In this document: positions 27,586-40,745 of the stretch, one piece after another
Numbering within the stretch: the first letter of the stretch is position 1
Layout of the letters: each line of letters starts with the position of its first letter
Assembly (NCBI GenBank): GCA_951406725.2
Contig: OX597826.1
Coordinates: 46,562,001-46,626,000, forward strand
DNA from: Octopus vulgaris
Taxonomy: Eukaryota
DNA length: 64,000 nucleotides
Direction of reading: 5' to 3'
The notes under the pieces: generated by a model
What the model was told of the DNA's origin: nothing
Database searches by the model: none
Seen by the model: the letters and a program-made list of their open reading frames with translations, nothing else
Made by a program: the position numbers and the translations under genes

Positions 27586-28625
27586 ATCTAATATATCCCT
27601 TTCGTGTTCAAGACGGTAGGGCGACATTTGAGGGAAGATTTTTATGCGCTATTTCTAACAACCTGAGCAACCAGGTAGAGATTTCCCGCGTTGTCGACAA
27701 TATAACGGTTGGTTTGGTTGTTTTTAATGACTGACTATAAGGGAGACCTCTTTATATCTAATTAATATAAGACAGAATCTGGTGCCGAGACTTCTAAGAG
27801 AATTCAATAGAAAAAAAACTTAAGTAGATGTTAAGTTGTAATGTTTCGTTTTAGTACAGCTTTCCAAATATTAGCTTTAATGAACTATAATAATATATTT
27901 TCAACTGTTTACATTTAATTACATGATCTGGTGTTATCGATCTAGAAAGAAGAAAAAATATTGGATGTAGCATATTGAACTGCCGCGCTCTTTACATTAT
28001 GTGTATGCACACATGTGCACACGCGAACACACACACTTACAGATATGTGTGTGTGTATATATAAAACATACACACAGCTACATACACATATTCATACATA
28101 CGGACATATATACAAACGCACACATGTAGTGATTTATTTAAGCATTCGTACATGCACACACACATATACAAACAAAACACACACATATATACACAAATAA
28201 ATACACATACACATATACATATATACACACATATATTTACATATACGTGCTTATATACATACCCATACTAGCAATTCATTTCTCTATAATTACTTTCTAA
28301 TATTGATTTCTCTCGACTAATTACAATGCGGATATTCATATGGAAGGTGTTACAGTCAATTATGTCAAGACTCTTTCATTGCTGGTATTAATTGTAGCGG
28401 CCCTGGTTGGATTAAAAATAATATCGATCACAACTCTGTTTGAACTTAGAAGACGAAGTGTTAAATACCACAGTACTCCCGGTGCAGCGCTACTCCTTTC
28501 AAACATGCTTCTTTCCTATCAGCTATCAAACCTAATTCGTATATTCGTATATCCACGCTTCGGCAATACTCCTGTTAGTAACGGTCTCACTCCTGGCTTA
28601 TTGTTTACATCAAGATATATCCACC

Positions 28626-28892
<267 letters not shown>

Positions 28893-28899
28893 ATAGCAT

Positions 28900-28951
28900 A
28901 ATCCCCTGCGTTTTATACTGAAGTGCGGACTATACTCTAGAATTTACGGTA
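28900..28951. mobile_element. Solo pogo/Tc2-type TIR end
   Basis: GTGCGGACTATACTCTAGAATTTACGG|TA is the reverse complement of a CCGTA-type TIR with a TA target. Confidence 0.55.
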
Positions 28952-29137
28952 TATCCACTAAGAAATGTGATAAAATCAAAGGCAAATTGTAATTATTGCA
29001 TGTATGCCATATTTCCTGACAGTACACATGGAAGAAAAAGTATACTTCTAAAGTTACCCGTCACATGACTCTTATATAGAATAATGTCCGCCGAATAGTT
29101 GTCTGTCATAACACTTTAGTATAGAATAACATATATA

Positions 29138-29372
29138 TATTTCTTTACTACCCACAAGGGGCTAAACATAGAGGGGACAAACAAGGACAGACAAAGGGAT
29201 TAAGTCGATTACATCGAACCCAGTGGGTAACTGGCACTTAATTTATCGACCCCGAAAGGATGAAAGGCAAAGTCGACCTCGGCGGAATTTGAACTCACAA
29301 CGTAACGACAGACGAAATACCGCTAAGCATTTCGCCCGGCGCGCTAACGTTTCTGCCAGCTCGCCGCCTTAT
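29138..29372 (-). mobile_element. SINE family A, full length, young
   Basis: Near-consensus copy flanked by an ATAACATATATA duplication. Confidence 0.9.
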
Positions 29373-29433
29373 ATATAACATATATAATTTACTGATACTC
29401 TATAAAATAACCAGCATCAATTTGCAGGATTTA

Positions 29434-29663
29434 CAGTCATGGATTAAGGTGGAGATTGATGTTAGGAACTAGTAGAACTTTAGGGTCTCAGGGGCTGAAG
29501 CTGGTAAGGTGGATGAAAACGCTGTAAGCCGAGCCACTCTAAGAAGTTCATAAATTAGGGAAACATCATACAATTGCGTAGCCCTGCGTAGCCCTGCGTA
29601 GCCCTGCGTAGCCCTGCGTAGCCCTACATAACCCTGCCTACCCTCATCTCATTTCCATCACTG
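29434..29663. mobile_element. Possible MITE with an internal 10-bp tandem (GCCCTGCGTA)n
   Basis: CAGTCATGGA...TCCATCACTG short inverted ends; about 5 decamer repeats at 29576-29640; TSD not clear. Confidence 0.35.
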
Positions 29664-30039
29664 ACTACGATATTGCAATGTCTTTGCTATTATTCATCCT
29701 TCTTGGATTAAGGGACTTACGTTGAGTTATTACTGCTAATGAAGTTAATTGAGAGTGTTAATAAAGACTCCATAAACAACAAGCACTGTTTTAAGTGAAT
29801 CGAACAACCAGACACGCACACATACACACGCACACATACACTCACAAACACACACACACACACACACGCATACACACATAGCACTCGCACTCTCCACACT
29901 TCACCTGACACAAGTGCACTTACTAATGTCTCTTAATAAAGTAGCCACATAATTGATGCATTTACACAGCTCTTCAGCTACCGCTGTGTCTACTCTTCTT
30001 CTTCTTTTTCTTCTTCTCATTATTATTATTATTGTTATT

Positions 30040-30086
<47 letters not shown>

Positions 30087-31006
30087 CATCATCCTTTTAC
30101 GTTGAATTACATTGGAATAATTGATATAACAACATATAATAATACTTCCAACCATTTTATCAACACAGTTCTCTGAAATGGCCACCTTTCAGATAATTTT
30201 TAGTTGTTCTTTTTAGACTTCTCTAGAAAAAAAAAGAAAAGTGAATTAAGAATCATTCCTCGCCAACATGTGGTAGCAATCATAGAGTTCTCTTTATTAG
30301 CTGTTTGCCACTCCATTGTTATCGCTAAATTTCTAATTGCTTCGAGTAGATAAATACGACTACTATAGAGCTAAGAGAAACGAAAACGATTTATGAGTAA
30401 AAAAAAAAAAAAAAAAAACTTAATGCCGGTGAAAAGATAAAATTTTAGTTCTAGATTACACTAAATACCCTACTTGTTGTGTCTACCATCTTAAATTGTC
30501 TTCCCTCTCCTTTATAACAAACGAGCAAAACAAACAAACAAACAAATCATTTTACGTGATATTTGCTTCAAGACGTTTCCATATGTGAGGTGGAAGCTTA
30601 TTACACTTGATTTAGTATTTTATCATCCAAGAGGTCTGCAGAGGTGACTAAGACAGTTAGTTGAAAAGCCAAGCTAAGTAGTGTATAATATTTAATTTCA
30701 ACTCCACTAGAAAACTGCCTAAAATAATACATTTTGTGTGTCATATAAACGTTTTTATTATTGCAGTAATTATACTGAAAAACAAAATAAAGCAAAAAAA
30801 AAAAATACAAATTTTTTTTTTAATGGTTTGGTTAGGGTGTAAGGTAGTTCAAACACTACACCCGGTCGTGTTATATGCAGATTCTGTAATGTAGGGTACG
30901 CCAATCTGGCTGAGTCTTGGATCTAGTTACTCAAGATTTTTCATTCATTGTTATTGATTCCAATACCACTGTGGTGGTGAAAGAATTTTCAATTATACAA
31001 CGAAAT

Positions 31007-31375
31007 AAGGCGGCGAGCTGGCAGAAACGTTAGCGCGCCGGGCGAAATGCTTAGCAGTATTTCGTCTGCTGCTACATTTTGAGTTCAAATTCCGCCGAGG
31101 TTGACCTTGCCTTTCATCCTTTCGGGGTCGATTAAATAAGTACCAGTTACGCACTGGAGTCGATATAATCGACTTAATCCGTTTGTCTGTCCTTGTTTGT
31201 TTGTCCCCTCTGTGTTTAGCCCCTTGTGGACAGTAAAGAAATAAGAAATGTCAGCACGCCGGGCGAAATGCGTAGCCGTATTTCGTCTGCCGTTACGTTC
31301 TGAGTTCAAATTCCGCCGAGGTCGACTTGACCTATCATCCTTTCGGGGTCGATTAAATAAGTACCAGTTACGCAC
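31007..31375 (+). mobile_element. SINE family A, full copy plus partial tandem copy
   Basis: Full copy 31007-31245 followed by a re-initiated partial copy. Confidence 0.88.
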
Positions 31376-31957
31376 CAATAAGTATCCGAACTGTTACCAT
31401 AGGAACAAGCTAGTCGAGAACGATAAAAACTTTTTCGAAAACTTCGCGTAGGCCTCTGAGCAGGTATCGCCAAGCTTTTGGCAAAATTTGATGCAGATTC
31501 TCTGCTCAACTTTCTCTGTCATGTTCAATGCGTCGATTACACGCTACACATCTTTCTTTCACGTACAGCTATAAACAGCGGAAGTGAGTTACAATGTTAA
31601 AACTTAGTGTGCCTGCACAGCAGAGTTCATGGTCAATTTGTGCCAAGAGGTTTCACTCTGCGTGCTTTAGCTTCGTTACTATGGCAACAGTCCGGATACT
31701 TATTGATCAGACCACGTATATATATCATATCTACACACACACACACACACACATACATTCACTTGTTTAAATATTGTTTTCGTTTGAAAGGTGCTTCGGC
31801 ACGAAACTATAAGCCTTTGTGTCAGTTATGTTGCTTTACAGCTAATAAAAACATACACACACATTCGCCTTTGTACATTAAGCACTATTTATCTCGTTTG
31901 TAAAAGCAAACTTATGTCCCCACACATGAGTATGTATGCATATACATACATACAATC

Positions 31958-31988
<31 letters not shown>

Positions 31989-32138
31989 CGCTCACATATG
32001 TGACATTTATATCACATAATGATACATGTTTATATATATATGTGTTTGTGTGTATAATATAAATATACATATATGTGTAAATATATGTCTATCTATCTAT
32101 CCATTTATCTATCTATCTATCTATCCATCCATCCGTCC

Positions 32139-32203
<65 letters not shown>

Positions 32204-32265
32204 TCTATCTCTCTCTCTCTCTATCTATCTATCTCTCTCTCTCTCTCTATCTATATATCTCTCTC

Positions 32266-32304
<39 letters not shown>

Positions 32305-32384
32305 CTATCTCTCTATCTATCTATCTATATATATAAATATATATATATATATACGTGTTCATGTGTTTTTATTTGTTGGTGACT

Positions 32385-32997
32385 AATGAATGTTGCCAGC
32401 GTGTTTGTTTTAGAATTGTGCCGCCGTGTGAAGACCAATATTTTCATAATTAATCCTCTATTTTTGTGTATAATCTCGCAGATTATAGATGCGTTGTCCA
32501 TTAATTTTTCCTGTTTGCTTTTGTATTTTGTTCCGTAATGCATTTTGTGTTTCATTTTATGAGTTTCCTTTTAATTATCTATTCAACTATTCCATCTATA
32601 GTTAGTAAGTATTACAATCATACGTTACATTTTATATTTGCCTTGTCTATATTAAATAGGTGTCATGTCTAATGTATTTGTCAAGTCGTATTTGTATTTG
32701 CATTGTTCTACGGCTTGTTCTATTAGTTTATTAGAATAACCATTGTTGATCAGTGTTTGCTTTATTCTGCAGATTTCTTTATCTAGTATTTCTTTTGTGA
32801 AAGGGAATCTAAATTGAGTTCTATATAGGGATTTTATCACTGAAAGATTGAGTCTGTGTGGACATTAGTCCCCTCTATATAAGTATATAAATATATTTGT
32901 GTCATTGGTTGTAAACGAGTCTGATATATCTGCCGTAAACTATATTGTTCTATATTGTAATCCTTACTCTGTGTTTCTAACGATATTTCCTCACACA
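32385..32997 (-). mobile_element. Penelope/Poseidon-type PLE fragment (RT thumb plus GIY-YIG C-terminus), decayed
   Basis: CPHRLNLSVIKSLYR..EICRIKQTLINNGYSNKLIEQ thumb motif; downstream NASII-like endonuclease tail. Confidence 0.7.
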
Positions 32998-32998
32998 T

Positions 32999-33975
32999 AA
33001 GGCGGCGAGCTGGCAGAAACGTTAGCACGCCGGGGCGAAATGCTTAGCAGTATTTCGTCTGCCGCTACGTTCTGAGTTCAAATTCCGCCGAGGTCGACTT
33101 TGCCTTTCATCCTTTCGGGGTCGATTAAATAAGTACCATTTACGCACTGGGGTCGATATAATCGACTTAATCCGTTTGTCTGTCCTTGTTTGTCCTCTCT
33201 GTGTTTAGCCCCTTGTGGGTAGTAAAGAAATAGGTATTTCGTCTGCCGCTACGTTCTGAGTTCAAATTCCGCCGAGGTCGACTTTGCCTTTCATCCTTCC
33301 GGGGTCGATTGAATAAGTACCAGTTATGCACTGGAGTCGATATAATCGACTTCATCCGTTTGTCTGTTCTTGTTTGTCCTCTTTGTGTTTAGCCTCTTGT
33401 GGGTAGTAAAGAAACAGGTATTTCGTCTGCCGCTACGTTCTGAGTTCAAATTCCGCCGAGGTCGACTTTGCCTTTCATCCTTTCGGGGTCGATTAAATAA
33501 GTACCATTTACGCACTGGGGTCGATATAATCGACTTAATCCGTTTGTCTGTCCTTGTTTGTCTTCTCTGTGTTTAGCCCCTTGTGGGTAGTAAAGAAACA
33601 GGTATTTCGTCAGCCGCTACGTTCTGAGTTCAAATTCCGCCGAGGTCGACTTTGCCTCTGATCCTTCCGGGGTCGATTGAATAAGTACCAGTTATGCACT
33701 GGAGTCGATATAATCGACTTCATCCGTTTGTCTGTCCTTGTTTGTCCTCTTTGTGTTTAGCCTCTTGTGGGTAGTAAAGAAATAGGTATTTCGTCTGCCG
33801 CAACGTTCTGAGTTCAAATTCCGCCGAGGTCGACTTTGCCTCTCATCCTTTCGGGGTCGATTAAATAAGTACCAGTTATGCACTGGGGTCGATATAATCG
33901 ACTTAATCCGTTTGTCTGTCCTTGTTTGTCCTCTCTGTGTTTAGCCCCGTGTGGGTAGTAAAGAAATAGATATTT

Positions 33976-33976
<1 letters not shown>
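32999..33976 (+). repeat. SINE family A tandem array: one head plus five 184-bp body units
   Basis: Unit starts at 33233, 33417, 33601 and 33785 (exact 184-bp period). Confidence 0.92.
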
Positions 33977-34011
<35 letters not shown>

Positions 34012-34018
34012 GCACGCC

Positions 34019-34052
<34 letters not shown>

Positions 34053-34595
34053 TGAACACTGGAATGAAATTTCGCCAAAGCATAGCGGTCATTTTATAGT
34101 GTTTATTTGTCCTACTCGTACTTTCTTCGCATTTGACCGTACTCTAAATATACAATTATCTGAGCTATTGCATTTAGTACTCGATTTATTTACACTGCCC
34201 TGTGCATTTTATTTAACGGTCAGCATCCTTAATAATTTTTGTGTAGTGTGCTCAAATAAGATGTTACAAATGAACTCCTGGTATATTTCTGTCCACTTTA
34301 AGCCTCATTCTTGCTTGTCCAGATTCTCCTATTACGATGTGTGTATGTATGTATGTATGTATGTATGTATGTGTGTGTATGTATGTATGTATGTATGTGT
34401 GTGTGTGTGTGTGTGTTTGTCCCCAACCACTGCTTGACAACCGGCATTGCCGTATTTATATCTCCGTAACGTAGCGGATCAGCCAAAGATACCAATAGAA
34501 TAAGTACCACACTCAAAAAGTACTGGGGTCAATTTGTTAGGATATTCCTCCAGCATGGCCGCAGACAAATGACTGACAGAAGTAAAAGAATAAAA

Positions 34596-34976
<381 letters not shown>

Positions 34977-36418
34977 AAACATACTTGCACACATGCATAC
35001 ACACACACAAACACACACACACATATATGTCCGTGTGTGTATGTATGTATGAGTGTGTATGTATGTTTCTATGTACGCATACTTAGACTGTACACCATCC
35101 ACAAGTTGTGCTTTTGCAAACCTATGATGAGAAAGACTTTTGATTAAAGTCAATTCGGCTGTGATCACCTTGTATTTCTCTTTTCAGGCGTAGTGCACCT
35201 TGGAGTACATCATACAATATCAATGGAGTAGTAAATATTCTGAGGCACCCTTGAAAGGATGAAAGTCAAAATCGATATCTTCAACAGTTGACTTCAGAAT
35301 GTAAAGAGCCGGAACAAATGCTGCTAAGCATTTTTTCCGGATCGGTGATGATTCTGCTAGCTCACCGTCTTCTTTTGCAAAGTTTGGCCCTAGGCCATCA
35401 ATTTTAGGGGAGGGAATAAGTCGATAACATCGACTCCAATGTTCAACTGGTATTAATTTTGTCGACCTCTAAACGCTGAAAGGCAAAGTTAACCTCAGCG
35501 GAATTTGAACCCAGAGTCGGTACAGCTAGAGTTAATTAACTTGTACGATAAGTCAGAAAATTTTGGATCTTTCACACTCGGGTCCGAGTTGGACTATTCC
35601 CCGCTCTTATTCATTGGTGCTCTCTTGCTAAGCCTCTGAAAAATATGTCCTTCATTTTCGGAGAGTATATTATGCTTTTAGAGAGATTAGGTTCCTATTT
35701 CTAGAAGTGTTATTAAATGCTTTCTTGTTTAATAATCAGAAACAACAATGTTTGATGTCTTTTAGAAGAAAAGGTAGAAAAAAAAAAGAAAGAACAAAAC
35801 ACAAAAGCAAACAAAAATACACACAAAAAACCAACAAAATACAAAACTGGAAGATGTGCTTGATTTTTAGCAAGATTTTAATTTATTACGTAAAGTTAGT
35901 CAGATTACGTAACATCTGATGTTTAGTTAGCGTAAGTGTTTGAGAATTCTTTAATGTAAAGAATCAGTCATAGAATTGTACACTTTTGATGCTGGAATCT
36001 AGAAATATTTATAAGGAAATCAATATTCGATGAAAGTAGATAAATAAATAACTATTAAAGTGTGTTTGAAAATATTGATTTCTAACATGAAACGAGACCA
36101 CACATTTGTAGGATGAGAGCTATAGTTGATTATATCGATTCTAGCATTTAACTCACACGGATTTTAATAACAACTCTGGAAAGAAGAAAGAAAAACAAAT
36201 CTACATTGGTTGGATTTGAACTTGGTATGTAATGGGTTGAAACTAAATACTGCAAGGTATTTTTATGTAGCGCACTATCGATATCTGACGATATACCGCT
36301 TGAATAATAATTTTATGATTTTGAATCTATTACTATATTTAACTGCTACTTATATTGTCAAATTCGAAAGCAGTATGAAAAGCAAGGTCTACACACACAC
36401 ATACGTATATGTGTGTAT

Positions 36419-36870
<452 letters not shown>

Positions 36871-36950
36871 TATATATATACACATACATATGCGTACGTG
36901 TACATATGTGTCTATAATCTTTTACGAGCTTCAGTGATTGGAATACGGCC

Positions 36951-37168
36951 AAGGCGATGAGCTGGCAGAATCGCTAACGCGCTGGACGAAAATGTTTAGC
37001 GGCATTTCGCCCGTCGTTACATTCTGAGTTCAAATTCCGCTGAGGTCGATTTCGCTTTTCATCCTTTCGGGGTCGATAAATTAAGTACCAGCGAAACACT
37101 GGGGTCGATATAATCGACTAGTCCCAACACCACAAATTTGAGGCCTTGCTCATCCAGTACAAAGGATT
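36951..37168 (+). mobile_element. SINE family A
   Basis: Head, central domain and ...GGCCTTG..CAGTA.AAAGGATT tail variant. Confidence 0.85.
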
Positions 37169-37430
37169 GGAATATGGCCATGAAACGGCACTGCCTTGAA
37201 GGATTTTAGTCGAACAGACTTTTATTTTTTTTTAGCCTGAGACATTCTGTCGGTTTCTTTGCCCGAACCAATAAGTTACAGAGACGCAAACAAACCAAAT
37301 CCGGTTGTCAAGTCGTGGCGGTGGTGGTGGTGGTGGTGGGGGACAAACACATGTTAAAACACACACTCATAGAATCCTAGATATATAAATACATATACGT
37401 ACACACGCATATGTGTGTATGTGTGAGAAT

Positions 37431-37840
<410 letters not shown>

Positions 37841-38093
37841 TACGTACTCGACGGTCTTTCAGTTTTCGTCTACCAAATCCACTCAGAAGGGTTTAGTCAG
37901 CTCAAAGTGCCACGCAATGGAATTGTGAACCCGGCAATTTCGTTGGGAAGCTAACTTCTTAACACACAGCTGCAAAGTAATTAAATGGGTCTCCGTCAGA
38001 TTCGATGATGAGTATTCATTTGTACGATCAATTGCATTACATGCCTTTGAATTAACATGTAGTTGAATATTTCACAGATATGTAGGCCTTTAA

Positions 38094-38628
38094 CCTTTAG
38101 GTATTCTGTTAAATGTAATGCTTAATTATTCGCATAGTTTCGAATTAAACATATATTATCTTGCAGTTTTGGGGATTTGAATGTGGTTAGCACGTCGGGT
38201 TCAAAATCATGAAATAGTGAGTTCCATTCCTGGACAAGGCTGTGTGTTATGTTCTTGTGCAAGACACTTTATTTCACGTTGCTCCAGTTCACTCAGCTGT
38301 AGAAATGAGTTGCGACATCACGGGTGCCAAGCTGCATCGGCCTCTCTACCTTTCCTTTGGATAACTTCGGTGCCGTGGAGAGGGGAGGTTGGTATGCGTG
38401 GGTGACTGCTGGTCTTCTAGAGATAACCTTGTTCGGACTTGTGCCTCGGAGGGTAACGTTCTAGGTGCAATTCCATGGTCATTCATGACCGAAGGGGTGG
38501 TCTGTTTTTGTATATTATTAGAAAAACATTGCAGGGTAAGTATGAGAGAGGTCTGATCTGCCCAGTTTGAACAAAAAAACAGGTGGAATATTTGGGCGTG
38601 ATATGGCCAGTTTGAATGCCCTAAAGGG
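38094..38628. mobile_element. piggyBac-type MITE with a nested SINE D (38180-38500)
   Basis: TTAA|CCTTTAGG...CCCTAAAGGG|TTAA; related sequence at 47500-47705. Confidence 0.75.
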
Positions 38629-39056
38629 TTAACGTTCTTCTCAACTAGAAAAATTATGATAGAGCAAGTGAGAAGACTGAGATCTAGGATTATAGGCACA
38701 GTATATCTGATAAGCTGCTAAGCGGTTTTCTTTCACGCAATTTCACTGATAACGATTGTTTTGATTCGAGATTACAAAAAATCAGACACTTGCACAACAT
38801 GCCCGATATGCTGGTGTGATGGAATCTGGGACCATGTGATTTTGAACGAAACCTCTTAAACATTTCCACCCACATACATACATGCACACACACATACCTT
38901 ACTTAAAAAAGTATGTCTGTGTGTTTATATATATATGTATGTATGTATAAATTCATAACTACATCTACACGCATATACACTCACATGTACACACCTACAC
39001 ACACGCAAACACATTGTCATATAGATGCATATGTACATGTATGTCTACCTACCTAC

Positions 39057-39112
<56 letters not shown>

Positions 39113-39140
39113 TGTGTTTTTTGTGCTTTCATGTTTGGAT

Positions 39141-39199
<59 letters not shown>

Positions 39200-39203
<4 letters not shown>

Positions 39204-39456
39204 TATCAGGGTAATAAAGATTTAAACATTTTTTACTACCAGTGGCCTAGCGTATTGTAAAATTAGTCGATAGACTATATATTATTCATATAAAACAGTG
39301 TACATTTAGACATATTAAGAGGTTTGCATCATAGGAATCCCTTACGCTAGAAAGAACAGATAAAGTCCTAATTAGTAGTTTGGAGTTTAGCTGCTCTTTC
39401 TAGCTTAAAGGATTCCTATGATGGAAACCTTTTAATGTGTTTAAGTGTACACTGTG

Positions 39457-39460
<4 letters not shown>
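39200..39460. mobile_element. Palindromic PLE-type terminal cassette in (TA)n
   Basis: Imperfect inverted arms 39295-39368 / 39382-39455 containing TAGAAAGA.CAG.TAAA; (TA)n flanks. Confidence 0.65.
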
Positions 39461-39496
<36 letters not shown>

Positions 39497-39555
39497 GGAA
39501 CAGGTGATGCTGAAGCACTGTATTTAACTATCTAATAGATTGTATCTAGTATTGT

Positions 39556-39835
39556 ACATGACTCAGTGGTTAGAGCGCCGATCTTCCAATCATGAGATAG
39601 TGAGTTCGATTCCCGGACTGTGTTGTGTGTTGTGTTCTTGAGCAAGGCTCTTTATTCTGCGTTGCTCCAGTTCATTCAGCTGCAGAAATGAGTTGCGACA
39701 TCACTGGTGCCAAGCTGTATCAACCTTTGATTTCTCTTGGATAACATCTTCCATAAACAACTCTGCCCTGACTTGTGCCTTGGAGAGGAACTTTCTAAGT
39801 GCAATCCGATGGTCATTCATGATCGAAGGGGTCAT
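39556..39835 (+). mobile_element. SINE family D
   Basis: TGACTCAGTGGTTAGAGCG A box, GTTCGATTCC B box, body and tail as in 59526-59860. Confidence 0.85.
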
Positions 39836-39909
39836 TCTCACCCTTGACATAATGCATAAAATACATACATACAGGCACACATACATACACACACACACAC
39901 ACACACACT

Positions 39910-39964
<55 letters not shown>

Positions 39965-40109
39965 AATGTATGTGTGCTTTTTCAGTGTTTACGAATAATA
40001 CGGGGAAAAAATAGTCACCAAGGTAGCAAAAATTCACACAAGTACCAAGGATGTAACAGCCTACCTATAAAGGTAGAAACTCCAGGTTTAGGTGAAATGG
40101 TTTTTTATA

Positions 40110-40201
40110 ATATAGATAAATAAATAAATGGAGTTAAACGCAGGTGTTATTCAAATTTGAATAACACCTGCGTTTAACTCCATTTATTTATTTATCTATA
40201 T
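40110..40201. repeat. Perfect 92-bp palindrome (46-bp arms, no spacer)
   Basis: ATATAGATAAAT...GTTATTCAAA|TTTGAATAAC...ATTTATCTATAT, centre at 40155/40156. Confidence 0.95.
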
Positions 40202-40523
40202 ATTTATGTATGTATGTATGTATGTATCATGTATACACATGCACAGACGGACACATTCACACATACGTATATTATATATGTGAGTGCATGTGTGTTTACG
40301 TCTGTTTGCATATAACACGATCTTCAGATCAAGATCACAGTTCATGTCTTCTAAGGATTAATACTCCGAACGTTTCTAAAAGAAATCTACGAGTGTATTC
40401 TTCTATTGAATTTTTAAATGATTAGAGCAATCAACAACTTTGATGACAATTTCAAAGTTCTGAATTCCCCAGAATGTAAAAACAAAATATTTAGAGTAGA
40501 ACATTATTATTAGAAAATGAAGT

Positions 40524-40745
40524 TAAGGCGGCGAGCTGGCAGACACGTTAGCACGCTGGACGAAAATGTTTAGCGGTATTTCGCCCGTCGCTACATTCTG
40601 AGTTCAAATTGTGGCGAGGTCGACTTTGCCTTTCCTCCTTTCGGGTTCGATAAATTAAGAATCAGTGAAACACTGGGATCGATGTAATCGACTAGTCCCC
40701 TCCCCACAAGTTTCAGGACTTGTGCCTATAGTAGAAAGGATTATA
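40524..40745 (+). mobile_element. SINE family A
   Basis: Full-length copy with the ...GTAGAAAGGATT tail. Confidence 0.88.

Noticed and set aside
32999-33976. CRISPR-like regular array
   Set aside because: Whole 184-bp units repeat with no unique spacers; no cas genes; eukaryotic SINE sequence.
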